From Podarcis melisellensis (lineage: Eukaryota), in NCBI GenBank assembly GCA_964234715.1, contig OZ174278.1: a stretch of DNA of 64,000 bases. One strand, given 5' to 3'. Below, one piece after another: positions 50,500 to 63,797 of this stretch. The notes under the pieces are model-generated. The model worked only from the letters and a program-made list of their open reading frames with translations. It did no database searches and had not been told where the DNA came from. A program made the translations under genes and the position numbers. Within the stretch, counting starts at the first letter, position 1. The number at the start of each line of letters is the position of its first letter.

Positions 50500-52569
50500 A
50501 CAAAATGGCCAAAGTCAATTCTCCATTTCAGAAATAAAGCAACAAAATTTGAGTAGTGATGAATCATCACGTTCATTCTCAGTGGAACCACATCCTATGC
50601 CATATTGTTATCAATGAAACTGGACAAGTTTGCAATGTTAACTCTGTTATGTTGGCTGATGTCATGCCTTTCTTGATGATTTGTTGGGAACTCAAAACTA
50701 AAACTGTGACCTTTTTAAAATCCAAATATGGTCTGTTGACATTGCTTTGAACCCATCACCAAAATAATTCCCACCAAAGGATTTCACTGTGAATTTGAGA
50801 CACATGACACAACAGCCATATCTGAAGAAAGCCCTGGTTGCTCTACTACAAAGTGCCCTTTGGAGAAGGTCAACCTATACTACAGGAGACAGAAAGGGAG
50901 TACTTAACCCTTCCTCTTTCTGCCATCTTCTCTTTCATACATTATCCAGAGCTTTTCTCCAGCCAGTAATTTCCTACACCTGTGGTTATTTCCCTTGTTT
51001 GAAATCCTGTGGTAGTGAGGCAGCTGGCTTAATTTCAGAAGAAAATGGGCCGGCAAGGAAAGGTTAAGCATCCCAAGTGTTAGCAATAGATAAGAAGTTG
51101 TTGAGTCTGTGTAATATTCGTTTGTTTCTACAAAAAAATTAATGCATGAAAATATGAACAAATTATCTGTTGCTGCATTTTCTCACATAAACAGCATACA
51201 GTAAGGCTCTGGGCTGCAGCTTGCCCATTCGGCATATTTGTGAGTTGTTCGTCCTTTCTTTAAAAACAGGTTCACCACATTTGGACTCATTAACAAGCAT
51301 ATAATTTTAAAGTCTCACAATAGATAAGCAATCAGCTCTGACAGGAACAAGACAGAGGACAAGCACTTCAGTATCGGGGAATTGAAAACACAAAAACACA
51401 ATCCTAGACTGATTGTTGCTGGTTTAATAAATCCTAGCGTAAGCTCTGTGAAGCACTGAAATGTCCATTCAGATTTGGACAGGAATGTTGAAAAGCTACT
51501 TGTTTTGTTTAAAAGGAAGGAGGCACTATGACTCCAGGAAAGAATAATCTGCTCCACAAATGTAACTTATACTCAGATCAATTAGTTTTGATCCATTGGT
51601 TATGCACATCATTAAGCAGATTGTGTAACTGATCCAATAATCACAAATGAAAAATATTTGATATGCTACCTCTTTAAAAGGTTTGAAACATATAAGGTCT
51701 AATTTAATATTGTGTTTTTCCTATTGTTCTGTCTGCACAAGCATTTCAACTTGCCACATGGAATGACCCCCCCCTCCGACCCCCATGTGCTGTTTTGGGG
51801 GATCTTCATTTTAACATGAGCCTACCTAATTTGCACATCTCAAAACAATGCATTGACAAAAAAATCCAGCTGTTTGTCAAGATCTGCACCTCTCTGAATT
51901 TTGTGATGCAGCTCTCCAGCCAAAATAATATGTACAAAAAGAATGTCTGCTAGGAGAATGTCTGCAGAAATAGGTGTACATTGGTGAAAACAACATTCAG
52001 ACATGTGTTATATTAGGAAAAATTGCTTGCTAATCAATTTTCAGGAGGAGTTTTTGAACGCAAATGGATGCCAAAAATGTGGGAAATGGAACTTAAGATT
52101 GGAAAAATGAGAACTTTAGAGAAACTGAAAATGATAGATTTGTCCATCTCTGGTTGGAATATAATGTTCTGCTTCAGGCCCTTACAAACTGTGGCATCTT
52201 TGAGGAGGGCTTGACTGTTTGGCTGACTCCCTGAACAGGAGTATTCCTCCTAAAAGATGAGGATAAATGGCTACATTTTGTTGCTGGTTACTCATGCATC
52301 TTTCAAAGCAAAAGCTGACTGTGATATGTTCGATTGCTTTTAAATAAATAAATGAATAAAATATGTTCAATCGCTTCCTTCTTCTGTCAGGCCTCCTCTG
52401 TCTCTATGCAATCCTAGGTTTCATTCTATGCTCTTCCCTCTCAGGTAAACTTCCTATTTTTATTAACTCTACAACAGAACTCTATACCTGTTTGTGTGAA
52501 GTAAGTTCAATTAAGTTCAATGGTGCATACATCTATGTAGATATGCCTATGTAGTTATTTAATTATAAC

Positions 52570-52944
52570 AAAACGGGTGGCGCTGTGGTCTAAACCACTG
52601 AGCCTCTTGGGCTTGCTGATAGGAAGGTCGGCAGTTCAATTCCCCGCGATGGGTTGAGCTCCCGTTGCTTTGTTCCAGCTCCTGCCAACCTAGCAATTTG
52701 AAAGCACGCCAGTGCAAGTGGATAAATAGGTACCACTGCAGCGGGAAGGTAAATGGCATTTCCGTGTGCTCTGGTTTCCTGTTGCGCCAGAAGCGGTTTA
52801 GTCATGGTGACCAAATGACCCGGAAAGCTGTCTGTGGACAAACGCTGGCTCCCTTGGCCTGAAAAGCGAGATGAGTGCCACACCCATAGTTGCCTTTGAC
52901 TGGATTTAACCATCCAGGGGTCCTTTACCTTTATCTTTTACCTA
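52570..52944 (+). mobile_element. Sauria (POM-type) SINE
   Basis: GGGTGGCGCTGTGGTCTAAACC head and ACCTTT tail. TSD TAATTATAAC (52560-52569 / 52945-52954). Confidence 0.92.
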
Positions 52945-54394
52945 TAATTATAACTCTGTGAGGGGTAAATACAGTGCCCAGAATTCTTTGAGGGTGAAAA
53001 ATGTGCTTTGGATGTGCTTTAATGTTATTGTTGACTTGTTCCTAGTGTTTATTCCTAGAGCCCACCACAGATTTTCAGAGAAAAACAGAACACTGATAAC
53101 TCTTCAACATTTTGACACAAGCATGTGATGTCTGATGCTTTCAAGTTAAAATCTGGAAACAATATATTGAAGAATTACTATAAGGGTTATCTCAGAAGAA
53201 AATCCTTTCAGTCACATCATTCCAATATGAGTTTCTTAGAATATATAAACCTAGGGAGCTATGCTCGTAACACTATTAATATGCCACAAGTAATAAATGT
53301 ATCAGATGGCTGTCAATAAAACTTGCGAATAGACAGTATCTGCGATAAAGATCCTAGGAATTAAATGTAGCATTTCCCCCAAAGAATTGTACTCTCTTAA
53401 CAGATTTTACTGCATTATGTTGCCAACTGTTGCTTTTAGCACCTCTTCCTTTTGTAAGAAAGGAATATCCTCACCTAGCATTTTGCTAGTGCTCCCAAGA
53501 AAGAATAAAACGTAAATAGTATGTTGTTAAGTCTGAAGAATTTAGAATGCCTGCTCACAATGATTTTTGTTTTAAAAAAAGAATCTCACAAATCAATCAT
53601 TCCTATATCTTATTCCAATAGCTAATTAGCCCACAGCAAGGGGACAAAAAGAGCTGTCATTACTTGGTACCTGAGCAATTAAAGATGAACCCCCCACCTC
53701 TATGAGTACAAAAATAAATATACACACATTTAATGATTAATGAGAGACTTTCTCAATGGCAAGAACATTATCAGGGAAATGATGCACACAAGCTTATTAT
53801 CTGCTGAGGGGCTTAAATCCAGCATCTTTGACTTCAGGAGGACCTTTTAAATGTGAAGGGAGATATGGTTTTTTAATGTTTTTTATTTTTATTTTGACAA
53901 AGTAATAACCATAAATTAATGAGAATAAAAATGTGCACCCCACCCTCGAGACCATTCCATTGTAACTATCCAGCCTCCCAAAATTTCAACACCTATTGCA
54001 ATGGTTGGACCCCTTTTTGTTTTAAAAGTACAAATTCTACAAGCACCTTTCCTGTCTCCTCAGAATCATTTCTCCTGCATATTCCACGTCTTACCTTAAT
54101 GGCACATGTTAATTTGTCATTAGTAGCTATATCCCACACCTCTGTTCCAAATCATTGAATCCTATGATCTGTATCCCATAACAAGACAAGTCTTTCAGAA
54201 ACTCCTCATAGCTTTGCTATCTCCACTTTCCAGTTCAGGTGATACCGCCTCACACTCCATATGAAGGAAGTGATTGCACATCTATATGACCTATCAAAGC
54301 CCACAGAGTTCTATAAGCTCTGCTCATTATGCTTCTCCATTTTTGCATATGTAGACATAACCATTTTACTTGGCATGGCCTTTCTCATTGGCAA

Positions 54395-54520
54395 AGGGCT
54401 GCAGCTCAGTGGTAAATCACTGCGTTTTTCATGCAGCGAATCTCAGGTTTAGTTCCTGGAGTCTCCAGGTAGGGCTGGGAGAGAATCCTGTCTGTTTCCA
54501 TTGTAGACAATAATGAAATA
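54395..54520 (+). mobile_element. tRNA-derived squamate SINE (Squam2-like), internally deleted
   Basis: GGGCTGCAGCTCAGTGGTA A-box, CAGGTTTAGTTCC B-box, TCTCCAGGTAGGGCTGGGA and TGTAGACAATA. Confidence 0.65.
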
Positions 54521-55051
54521 AATTAAGTGGTCCACAAGCTTTATACAGTTGGTCTGCAGAATGTATATTGATTTTAATTGTATTTTATTGCTTCTTGTAT
54601 TTCAGTTTTGTAACTTATGGTCCCCCCTCCCACATTCTCTATGCCTATTTTTCAGCTGCTTTGAAAAATTGCATTTTATCATACTAATACTATATATTAA
54701 TATAACAAATAAAATACATATTTCTACTTAAAATGACTTCTGAGTAGATCTGAGTGGTGTGGTCTTTATCAGCCAGGACCATATAGCAAGCACAATGACA
54801 TCTCAGTTCCACATACCCACATGGTTATGATGATGCCGTATCCCAAGAATCCCCTCTTTCCCTCTGCTTATTATGTTCCTTGTCTTTCAGATTATTGCCT
54901 TTGTTCCTCTGTAAATTTTCTCTGCTACACAGCTAAAGTCTGCTGCCCATGTATTATGACATGGGTGTGTCAGGTTATATGTGGATTATGGACCCAAAGA
55001 GTTTTAGATGCTAGATATAGGATCAATATAATCTCTGCTACATAGCCATGC

Positions 55052-55417
55052 GTGGGACGCAGGTGGCGCTGTGGGTTAAAGCCTCAGCGCCTAGGACTTG
55101 CTGATTGAAAGGTCGGCGGTTCGAATCCCTGCGGCGGGGTGCGCTCCCGCTGCTCGGTCCCAGCGCCTGCCAACCTAGCAGTTCGAAAGCACCTCCGGGT
55201 GCAAGTAGATAAATAGGGACCGCTTACCAGCGGGAAGGTAAACGGCGTTTCCGTGTGCGGCTCTGGCTCGCCAGAGCAGTGATGTCACGCTGGCCACGTG
55301 ACCCGGAAGTGTCTTCGGACAGCGCTGGCCCCTGGCCTCTTAAGTGAGATGGGCGCACAACCCCAGAGTCTGTCAAGACTGGCCCGTACGGGCAGGGGTA
55401 CCTTTACCTTTACCTTT
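55052..55417 (+). mobile_element. Sauria (POM-type) SINE, young full-length copy
   Basis: GGGACGCAGGTGGCGCTGTGGG head, GGTTCGAATCC B-box, CpGs retained, (ACCTTT)n tail, and a perfect 13-bp TSD TACATAGCCATGC (55039-55051 / 55418-55430). Confidence 0.95.
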
Positions 55418-57110
55418 TACATAGCCATGCAAATGGATTTATTTACAGTCAATCAAATATTAAAGTTTTGGTACAGGTTTATGTGAATAATTTGATATTT
55501 TCCATCTTAAATAAAGAAGAAAAGAATGACCGAAGAAGAAGTGCATTGGTTATTGTTAAAGAAAGAAAGACTGTTAAGAAAATGAAGACTATTATTATTT
55601 TAGTTAACAGAAGGGTTGTTCAATGATAAACACTGTTGATATCTAGCTGCATTCCAGGACTATTTTTTGTTTATCTTCTGTAAACACATAGATAGTGACT
55701 GGGCAGTAGAAAAATGGCAAAGTTTGCCCTGGGTTTTTGTGTAATAATAGCCTGCATCTGCTCACTACCAAACTGCCATCTTGGCATCTGTTTACAGAAC
55801 ACATGGAGCATGAAAACAAAATCAGGCCATTTCTCTTTGTGGCTCAGATGTGGGTGACTTTGGCTACATAAAAAGTGAGAAGAAAAAAGCAGAAAAAAGC
55901 TGTAAAAAGAATTTATGTAATTACAGTTTATTTTGAAAAAGTACAGTGACTTTTATCTATCATTAAACGTTACCATAGCAAATAGTGCTTTGTGTAGCTC
56001 TACCTTTGTGAAGTACCAGCCTCCATGTGGAAAATAATCAAACAGAAGATGGTGTTCCCTACATTTCAGTCTCTATAGGAACTTGTAATTATAGTGGCAC
56101 AAACTCCAGCTTGCACTTCATAGCTACATACAGAGCCAGCCCACATACATATTAGGTAGGGTGGAGAAGCCACCTCAGGCAACAGAAATGCAAGAGGCGG
56201 TGCCCCCATGGGCATCCTGTCTGCCTCACAGCTTCCATTGCTGCTGGAGAAGCAACCCAGGTAAGAGAGGCAGTGGCAGTGGCACAGTGTTCTTCCCCAT
56301 GGTTTGCTGCTGGTCTTCCTCATCCCTAGTGGCAGAAAGTGACCAGTGGCAAAGCTCTCTGGCAAGAGGGAAGCATTTCAGAAGTCTTTGCAGAGTCCTT
56401 CCCATCCCCGGTGGCATGTGGGTGGGTGGTGGTGAGATGTTTTGCCTCAGGCACCAAAAAGGCTCAAGGCCCCGAGCTACAGAGGGGTTTGAGGTTGGGG
56501 GGGCAGTTAGAAGATCTTCTCCCCTTCCTGCCACCCACGTACTGATTAGAATAGCTGTCTGTCTGAAGTAGAGGGCCTTCTATGGACTCTTCTGCCATCT
56601 GAGGTGAGGGGGCAGCTATCAGAGAGGGGTCCTACTCAGGGACAGCATCTCAGCTGTGGAATTCTTTCCCCAGCAAAGATCACCTGGTGCCTACATTGCA
56701 TTATTGGCATGAGGCAAGACTTGATTTCCTTTTGCTGATGGATTATATGCTATGTTAATAATGGCTACTGCCTGGCCTTTTAAAAAAGCACAATTACTTT
56801 AAATGTTTTGTTGTTTCTCCCCCTCAGAAAAGAAAAGTCCCCCTGGGAATTTGAATGATGCTCATAATAAATGCATTCTAAATAATTAAATGCTTCTGAA
56901 GGCAACCTGGGGGCATACTTGCACCAGGTTAATTACATTGTTTTAAGCAATTTCTAGCCTGCCTTTCCTAGACAACAAATCCCAAGTAGGGCACAATAAA
57001 AATAGATTTTTAAAAAACAACAACAGAATAATAACCATCCATTAATATCAAACAATGGGTCAGATTTAAACGTTTAATTGGAAGTAGAAAGACAATGCTA
57101 GTGTCTTTAC

Positions 57111-57209
57111 CTATCACCACTTGTGGGGTGGGCAAGGACACAGCACTCCAGCACCAATTTCTCCGGTTACGAATGACTGCTGCCAAAATGCCACCAATTG
57201 TGGCATGAT
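57111..57209 (-). other. Candidate 99-nt cassette exon of an unidentified host gene
   Basis: Strong acceptor TTGTCTTTGCCTTCTTTAG, donor TAG|GTAAAG, length divisible by 3, and open in phase 1 only (xHATIGGILAAVIRNRRNWCWSAVSLPTPQVVI). The protein is not recognised. Confidence 0.25.
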
Positions 57210-58811
57210 CTAAAGAAGGCAAAGACAATGAGAATGAACACCAAACACCTTCCTCAAATGTCAGAGCTTTGCATTGATTTTCTATTGGAAGTATTAGACA
57301 GTTATAAATTATTATGGCAAGTCTTTTCTTATTTCAAGACACTCCTGGCTGCTACATCAAAGGGATAAGCAAAAGTGATTGTTCTTATAACTTTGTGCAG
57401 GTATTTGCAGGACAAAGTATAATTGACAACTTATGTTTGATCACAGCCCTTTTAATTAGGAACATATTGCATCTGCTTAACATTGCTAGTGTTTGGGTGC
57501 AAAAGATTTTCAGTGTCAATTAATCTCGTAATATCCCTAAGCAAGCTGGAATTGTTGAAGAAGATGGAAATTGGCTGATGAATGTATTGGTCACTTCAGA
57601 GGCATGTTCAAATCTATCTTCTTGCTGTCCTAATGAATATGGAAACCTGCCCAGTGTGTGATTGGATTTTAATGACTACAAGGTCAGGGACTTTGCAAGG
57701 TGTGAATCTGCTTGCAAGGTCGTAAGTGGCAAGCGGCGCATGGATCTGAAAATAAACAAGGGGCTGTCAGGGATATTAGCTTTTTTGTAGAAAAACCCAT
57801 GGGATGAAAAGGTTAACAGGTGATTGCATTGTAACTTGTTTTGAAACTCAGAATGAGCTCTAAAGGTACGTGCATTATCCTTCATTATACTTTGCATGAG
57901 AAATCATGGTAATTTAAAATGCAAGCAATGTTTGATTATAATAGCACACTAGCTTATCACAAGACTACATTTATCACTAGGCAAACCAGTCCACTGAATC
58001 AACATATGCTCAAATGGGAACACCTTTGGAGTAACAGGTAAAATTACCTGGTCAAAAATGCCTGTGGGTCGGAAGAAAATATCTGCCTCCAATAGATAAT
58101 CCAAGCCAGAAATTACTCACAAAAATGCAGGTCATGTGCATTGCTACCCTAAATTAATTTGATTTTCAATGAGGAATAATTCAGGTTGTTGGGAAAGAAT
58201 AATAGGAAATGAGTTTAGAAATATTAAGAAAAAAATATTAATAGCTTGTCAGAAGGAGTATGAATTATTGTGGAACAATGCACAGATTGCTTCTGGAGAA
58301 GAAAAACAGCAAAAGAAACTGCAAATGAGGGAAGACGGATAAAGAAAAAAGGAAAAACAGAACACATCGTTCTGAGTAAATCAAAATAAAAAACTACCTT
58401 CTAAAATCTGAGCACAAAAAGAGCCAAATCTTGGCTGTGCCTCATCTGGCAGGTTATTTCCTTAGAGTTTCAACTTGCAATCCTATACACACTTACTTGA
58501 AAGTAAATCCTACTGAATTCAAGTAGATTCCCTTGAATAATGAACGAATTAACTTTATTTCTTAAAGCCAAAGGCTACTACAATATAAATACCACCAACC
58601 AACAATATTATTTAGAAGCAAAATGGTATACAAAAAGAAACAAAAAAGTGATATGATACTCCACTCCATTTAAGTAACACATCTACAGCAAACTATATAG
58701 GCATTAAAATGCAGTAGAACAAAATCCCATCCCATCCACACCACTATGTTTTTTGGAGCCTGGTTCATATTTTCATGGCTGCCAGAGCAAACTTTGCTAC
58801 TTGGGTAGTAG

Positions 58812-58986
58812 CAGTGCTTTTTTCTTGGGGAGGACACAGGGGTACGCATACCCCTAAACATTTTGTGAATCTTTCTACTTTTGTCCATTTACTGTACTTA
58901 TTTTTCCTGATTTGAACTATAAAATGGTGATTTTCTTGAGTCAAAATGAGAGTGCCCCTAAACATTTCTTTTAGAAAAAAGGACTG
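58812..58986. mobile_element. hAT-type MITE
   Basis: TIRs CAGTGCTTTTTTCT / AGAAAAAAGGACTG and a perfect 8-bp TSD GGTAGTAG (58804-58811 / 58987-58994). Confidence 0.88.
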
Positions 58987-59336
58987 GGTAGTAGTGAATA
59001 CACCTTTTGCTTGTAAGCAGTTTGCATATCTGTTCCAGGAGGGGTCTGCTTGGACCGAAGGACACACGGAATTATAAAGGGCAACTCAGTAAGTAGTGGG
59101 ATACAGCCTCAACCTCACTAGGCTTAAAAATACAAAGTTTATGGTGGGTTGGAATGTTTTTCACCCTCTCATCTAAAATAAATAAATCAGAGGACACACA
59201 TCAGACACATAAAGCGGTGAATGCTTTTCTTAAAGAAGTTACAGTAGATTTATAAATTAGTTCTCTAGTAGCAATGCATTGGGGGCTGGCCCTACATGTC
59301 ATTGAAGAAGAGGAATCCTCTTCCAGGTCCCTGGCA

Positions 59337-59355
59337 GTGTGTGTGTGTGTGTGTG
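59337..59355. repeat. (GT)n microsatellite
   Basis: Dinucleotide run. Confidence 0.9.
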
Positions 59356-59573
59356 GTGCAAGTTGGTAACTTATAGCAGCTTCATGTAAAATGAGGAGGC
59401 TGATCTGGTCTGTATCACTGAGTCAAGGATGGGTGAGCTGGGTGGAGCTGGTCTCACCCAGAAGTGCCCATCGGGTGCAGCAAACAAGAGGGTTAAGGAC
59501 ACCTCTGAACAGTCATGGTTAGAACTGTACTGTAAGCTATCTGCTCTCTTTCACACTTCCTTAATGTCCTGAT

Positions 59574-59824
59574 GCAGTGTGGTGTAGTGGTTAAGAGCGG
59601 TAGTAATCTGGTGAACCAGGTTCGCGTCTCCGCTCCTCCACATGCAGCTGCTGGATGACCTTGGGCCAGTCACACTTCTTTGAAGTCTCTCAGCCCCACT
59701 CACCTCACAGAGTGTTTGTTGTGGGGGAGGAAGGGAAAGGAGATAGCCGCTTTGAGACTCCTTAGGGTAGTGATAAAGCAGGATATCAAATCCAAACTCC
59801 TCCTCCTCCTCCTCCTCTTCTTCT
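59574..59824 (+). mobile_element. Squam3 (Ther1/MIR-derived) SINE
   Basis: CAGTGTGGTGTAGTGGTTAAGAGCGG head, GACCTTGGGCCAGTCAC CORE, GCCGCTTTGAGACTCC and a (CTC/CTT)n tail. Confidence 0.88.
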
Positions 59825-60955
59825 CACTAAAAAACAAAGGTATCAAAATACATTTTAAAATGCAGATTAAAAAATCCCATTTAGAAATGCCTGTTCTTAG
59901 AGAAATAAATATTAAAACATGTATTCTATGGCCATGAATACCTCCTATTTGCTACAAAGAAAGGCACAAATGCAAAACATGACCTCAAATACTTTCTGTT
60001 CCGCAATCAAGGCAATTGAATTTGTGGATATAAGATTTTCATTTAATTCTACAGGAGCAAGAACCTGGCACTAATACTATAATTCTCAGTAGACTGCACT
60101 GAGATATAATCACTTGTTTTCTTTAACACTTGTATACGTACTAATAACCTATTCTACCGCTGAAATAAAATAAAAATGAAAATGTAAGACTTTGGTGTGG
60201 GGTTTTTTTTTAGAAAAAAGTACTGAAGGGCCTGTTGCTGCTGTCCCCCATAGCTTTTTGGCATTGCTATTTGCTTTTGTAGGTCTCATTCTGACAGCTA
60301 CATTAGTATTTTCTGGTTGAAGTAAAATGGGAAAGCAAGCCAGGCCTAATGTTTTTAAAAGGCTTTCTGACCATTACAAGGGAGGGGGTGGCTGTTTAAT
60401 TGGCATACAGTGGCAATTACACGGTGGCAATACAATGAATCTCTCTGTAGAGTCTCCAATTATTGCACAAGAACAGGTATAAAATGCTATTTCCAGTGGA
60501 CAGAATGTTGTGGCTTGTCTTCACTACCTTTACACAGCATTAATAAGGGAAGGGAAGAAGTATTGTTTTCCTTTAACTAAACAATGAAGTGCTTTTCTCT
60601 CGGAGATGAAGGTCATAATGCAAGGCTTCCTGGAAAGCTTAAACTGGAACTATTTGAGGGAAACAAAATATAAATTAGATATTGCTAGTTTTCAATGTGG
60701 TTTTATTTAATATTTATTTATTTTATTTAAAATATTTATAGGTCGCCTTTCCAAATCAAAATCTCTCTCTTGGATTATATATGAACCTAGCGTTTAAAAA
60801 CTTTGATGTCATGTTGTATGAAATGTTCCCACCATTTTTGTCTGCATCCTTTCATGCCTGGGGTCAAAACCCAGCAGGGTGCAGCAAATGCTGTTGGGGT
60901 ATAGTAGGGTAAGACGTTTATTTCATGATATGTGACTTTTATTTTCAAGAAGTTA

Positions 60956-61615
60956 CCATATTTTTCCATGTATAAGACGAGCTTTTTTTAACCCAAAAAT
61001 TAGGTTCAAAATTTAGGCTCAGCTTATACACAGGTAGCTAAGGGGGGGGTCACACAAATGTTTCTTTTTTTGTTGCAAGCCCGAGATTGTAAGCAGCGAT
61101 TGGCTGCTGGATTGTTGGGGGGGGGGATGCAGAAAATCACTCACCCGCCAGAACGCAGCACACAACCACTCACATCACTTACAATTGCTGCTTAAAATCT
61201 CGGGCTTATACTTCGTTCCGACAGGTGAGCAATTTTTGGCATCTCCCCCCCCAACAATCAAGCGGCCAATCACCGCTTAAAAACTCAGGCTTACGCTTTG
61301 TTCCGTTGGGTGAGCAATTTTCGGCATTGGCTGCTTGATTGTTGTGGAGGGGGGGAATCCCGAAAATCACTCGCCCGCCGGAACACACCCAACTGCTCGC
61401 ATCACAGCTGCCTGATCGCAGCCATTAGCCCTCCTGCTTGCCATTGCGTCAGCCAATAGACAGCTGCCCCAATGTTATGCCGGGTGAGCATTTTTTGGCA
61501 TTCCCCCCAAATAACCCTTCCCCAAAACTCAATTCCCCCTATTTTCTAAATTTTGAGGCTCCCAAAATAAGGCGCATCTTATAGACGAGGGTGTCTTATA
61601 GACGGAAAAACATGG
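60956..61615. mobile_element. Tc2/pogo-like MITE, long form with internal direct and inverted repeats
   Basis: TA-CCATATTTTTCC...GGAAAAACATGG-TA. The ends are homologous to 10909-11057. Confidence 0.8.
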
Positions 61616-62175
61616 TAATATTTATTTCCTTGGATTCATATTATCATAGAGAACCCCCATTTCCACCCACCCCCTCACGAAGTTGTTTTCATAAAGCAAT
61701 CAATGGCATGGCATTTATTTCTTTTGCATCTTCGATGGATCTTCTATTTCATTAGATCGGAATCTGCAGATGTTTAGAAAGCTAAAACAAGAATCATATT
61801 TGGCAAATTAAACCATAAGCCATGTGCTAGGAAATAAGGTTGCTGAATAGTGTTTATAATGATAGCAATTTATTTCAGGGTTTAGAGTTTCTGTCCTGGC
61901 AGAGTGCAGTTCTGAGACATTAAATGTTATAGTGGACAAGGAAATTTCCATCCTGAAATTTTATCAGAGGAAAAGGCAGACTTTTATTAATCTATCAAAA
62001 TCCTAGCCTGATCGCCAGACTCTGTCGAGATCCTACTTGTTGCACATAGGTTAAAAGGTCTGGCAACTATACTTAGCTGCATTACATTTGATTTGGTTAG
62101 AACTTCGCACAGGTCATTTTTTCAGCACCATCTTAGGCACAGTCCCTCCCTCTGGGTCAGGCTTACCCAGAATAT

Positions 62176-62559
62176 AAAGGTAAAGGTAAAGGACCCCTGG
62201 ACAGTTAAGTCCAGTCAAAGGCGACTATGGGGTTGCGGCGCTCAACTAGCTTTCAGGCTGAGGGAGCTGGCATTTGTCCACAAACAGCTTTCCGGCCCAT
62301 GGGGCCAGCATGACTAAACCGCTTCTGGTGCAACAGGACACCATGATGGAAACCAGAGCACATGTAAATGCCATTTACCTTCCTGTCGCAGCGGTACCTA
62401 TTTATCTACTTGCACTGGTGTGCCATCAAAGTGCTTGGTTGGCTGGAGTTGGGACAGAGCAATGGGATCTCACCCTATCGTGGGGATTCAAACTGCTGAC
62501 CTTCTGACTGGCAAGCCCAAGAGGCTCAGTGGTTTAGACCACAGCGCCATCCACATCCC
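62176..62559 (-). mobile_element. Sauria (POM-type) SINE
   Basis: AAAGGTAAAGGTAAAGG tail on + and head GGTTTAGACCACAGCGCC on +. CCCAGAAT is duplicated at both flanks. Same subfamily as 52570-52944. Confidence 0.92.
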
Positions 62560-62654
62560 AGAATGTATGTATAGATTGCAGCTGTATAGATTGCAATCCT
62601 ATATATGTCTACTGAGAAGTTAGCCTTACTGGATCAATGAAAGTTACTGTCAAG

Positions 62655-62891
62655 TTAAAAGAGGATTAGACAAAATCATGAAGGATAAGGCTATCAATAT
62701 CAATTGCTACTAGCCATGGTGACTATGTTCCACCTCTTAATATGTTTCTCAGTACCAGCTGCTGGAAATCACAGATGAGGAGAATGAGGTTGCACTCAGG
62801 TTTTGTTTGGGGCATTTGGATGGCGCCTGTGGGAACAGATTACTGGACTGAATAGGCCTTTGGCCTGATTGAGGAGGGTTCTTATATTCTT
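62655..62891 (+). mobile_element. CR1/L3 LINE 3' end, degraded
   Basis: TTAAAAGAGGATTAGACAAA.TCATG.AGGATAAGGCTATCAAT...CTGGACTG..TAGGCCTTTGGCCTGAT...TTCTTATATTCTT. Confidence 0.75.
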
Positions 62892-63350
62892 TTGAGAATA
62901 AGATTGCAGTTTTGAGGTAATAAAAAACTGTGACTGGCTCTGTGAACTCTGCAAACATACATTAAAAGGCAGATTTGCATATGTAGAATAACTAAATGGA
63001 ATAACTAAATAAGCATGTTTCCCTTCACTCAGTTGTGATTTGATTATTCAACATTTAACATACGTATTCTGCACTGCAAAATACCGAGTTTCAGTTATCC
63101 CTAGATGATATGAAATGTTTGTCCGTGGTGATAAATTTTTGACATCTCATCCCCACATGCAACATATCACTTGATACTATAGTTAATGAGTGTCAAAAGT
63201 GCATGTATGAACTTGTCCGGTGTCTTTTCTTGTTACTTGATAAACTTTAGGTTGCTTCTGAGATTCAAACTCTTGTAAATGAATATATCACACCCTAAAT
63301 ACACACATAGAATGGGCTACTTTTAGCTTATAGTTCTAAACACACTTCAG

Positions 63351-63543
63351 AGGAAGAGCCTAAGCTCAGTGGTAGATCATCTAACTTACATGAAGAAAGC
63401 TCCAGGTTCAGTCCCCGGCATTCCCAAGTTGGGTTGGGAGAAATTCCTCTCTGAAATCTTGGAAAGCCACTGCCAGCCTCTGTGGACAATACTGAACTAG
63501 ATGGCCAATGGTTTGACAGTATAAGAAAGTTCCTATGTTCCTA
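63351..63543 (+). mobile_element. tRNA-derived squamate SINE (Squam2-like)
   Basis: AGCTCAGTGGTAGA A-box, CCAGGTTCAGTCCCCGGCA B-box, and GACAATACTGAACTAGATGG...TTCCTATGTTCCTA tail. Confidence 0.75.
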
Positions 63544-63797
63544 AGCCTCACAGTGGGATCCACCCCCACCCCCCGAGCAATCGTGCATAGGGTTGCCCTA
63601 CACAGATTGTCAGCCATTTTAAGTATAAAAAGGTGCAGGGGTTGGGGAGGTAAGGTTCATTTTTATTTTAAAAACCAGCAATAGCTGAGTGAAAAACTTT
63701 TTTTCTATATGAATAAAATAAAAACACGAATAGAAAAGTATTTGCAACTTTATTTTTTAAGTAAAAAATAACTGCTCTTTTCAGCAATACTTTCCGA

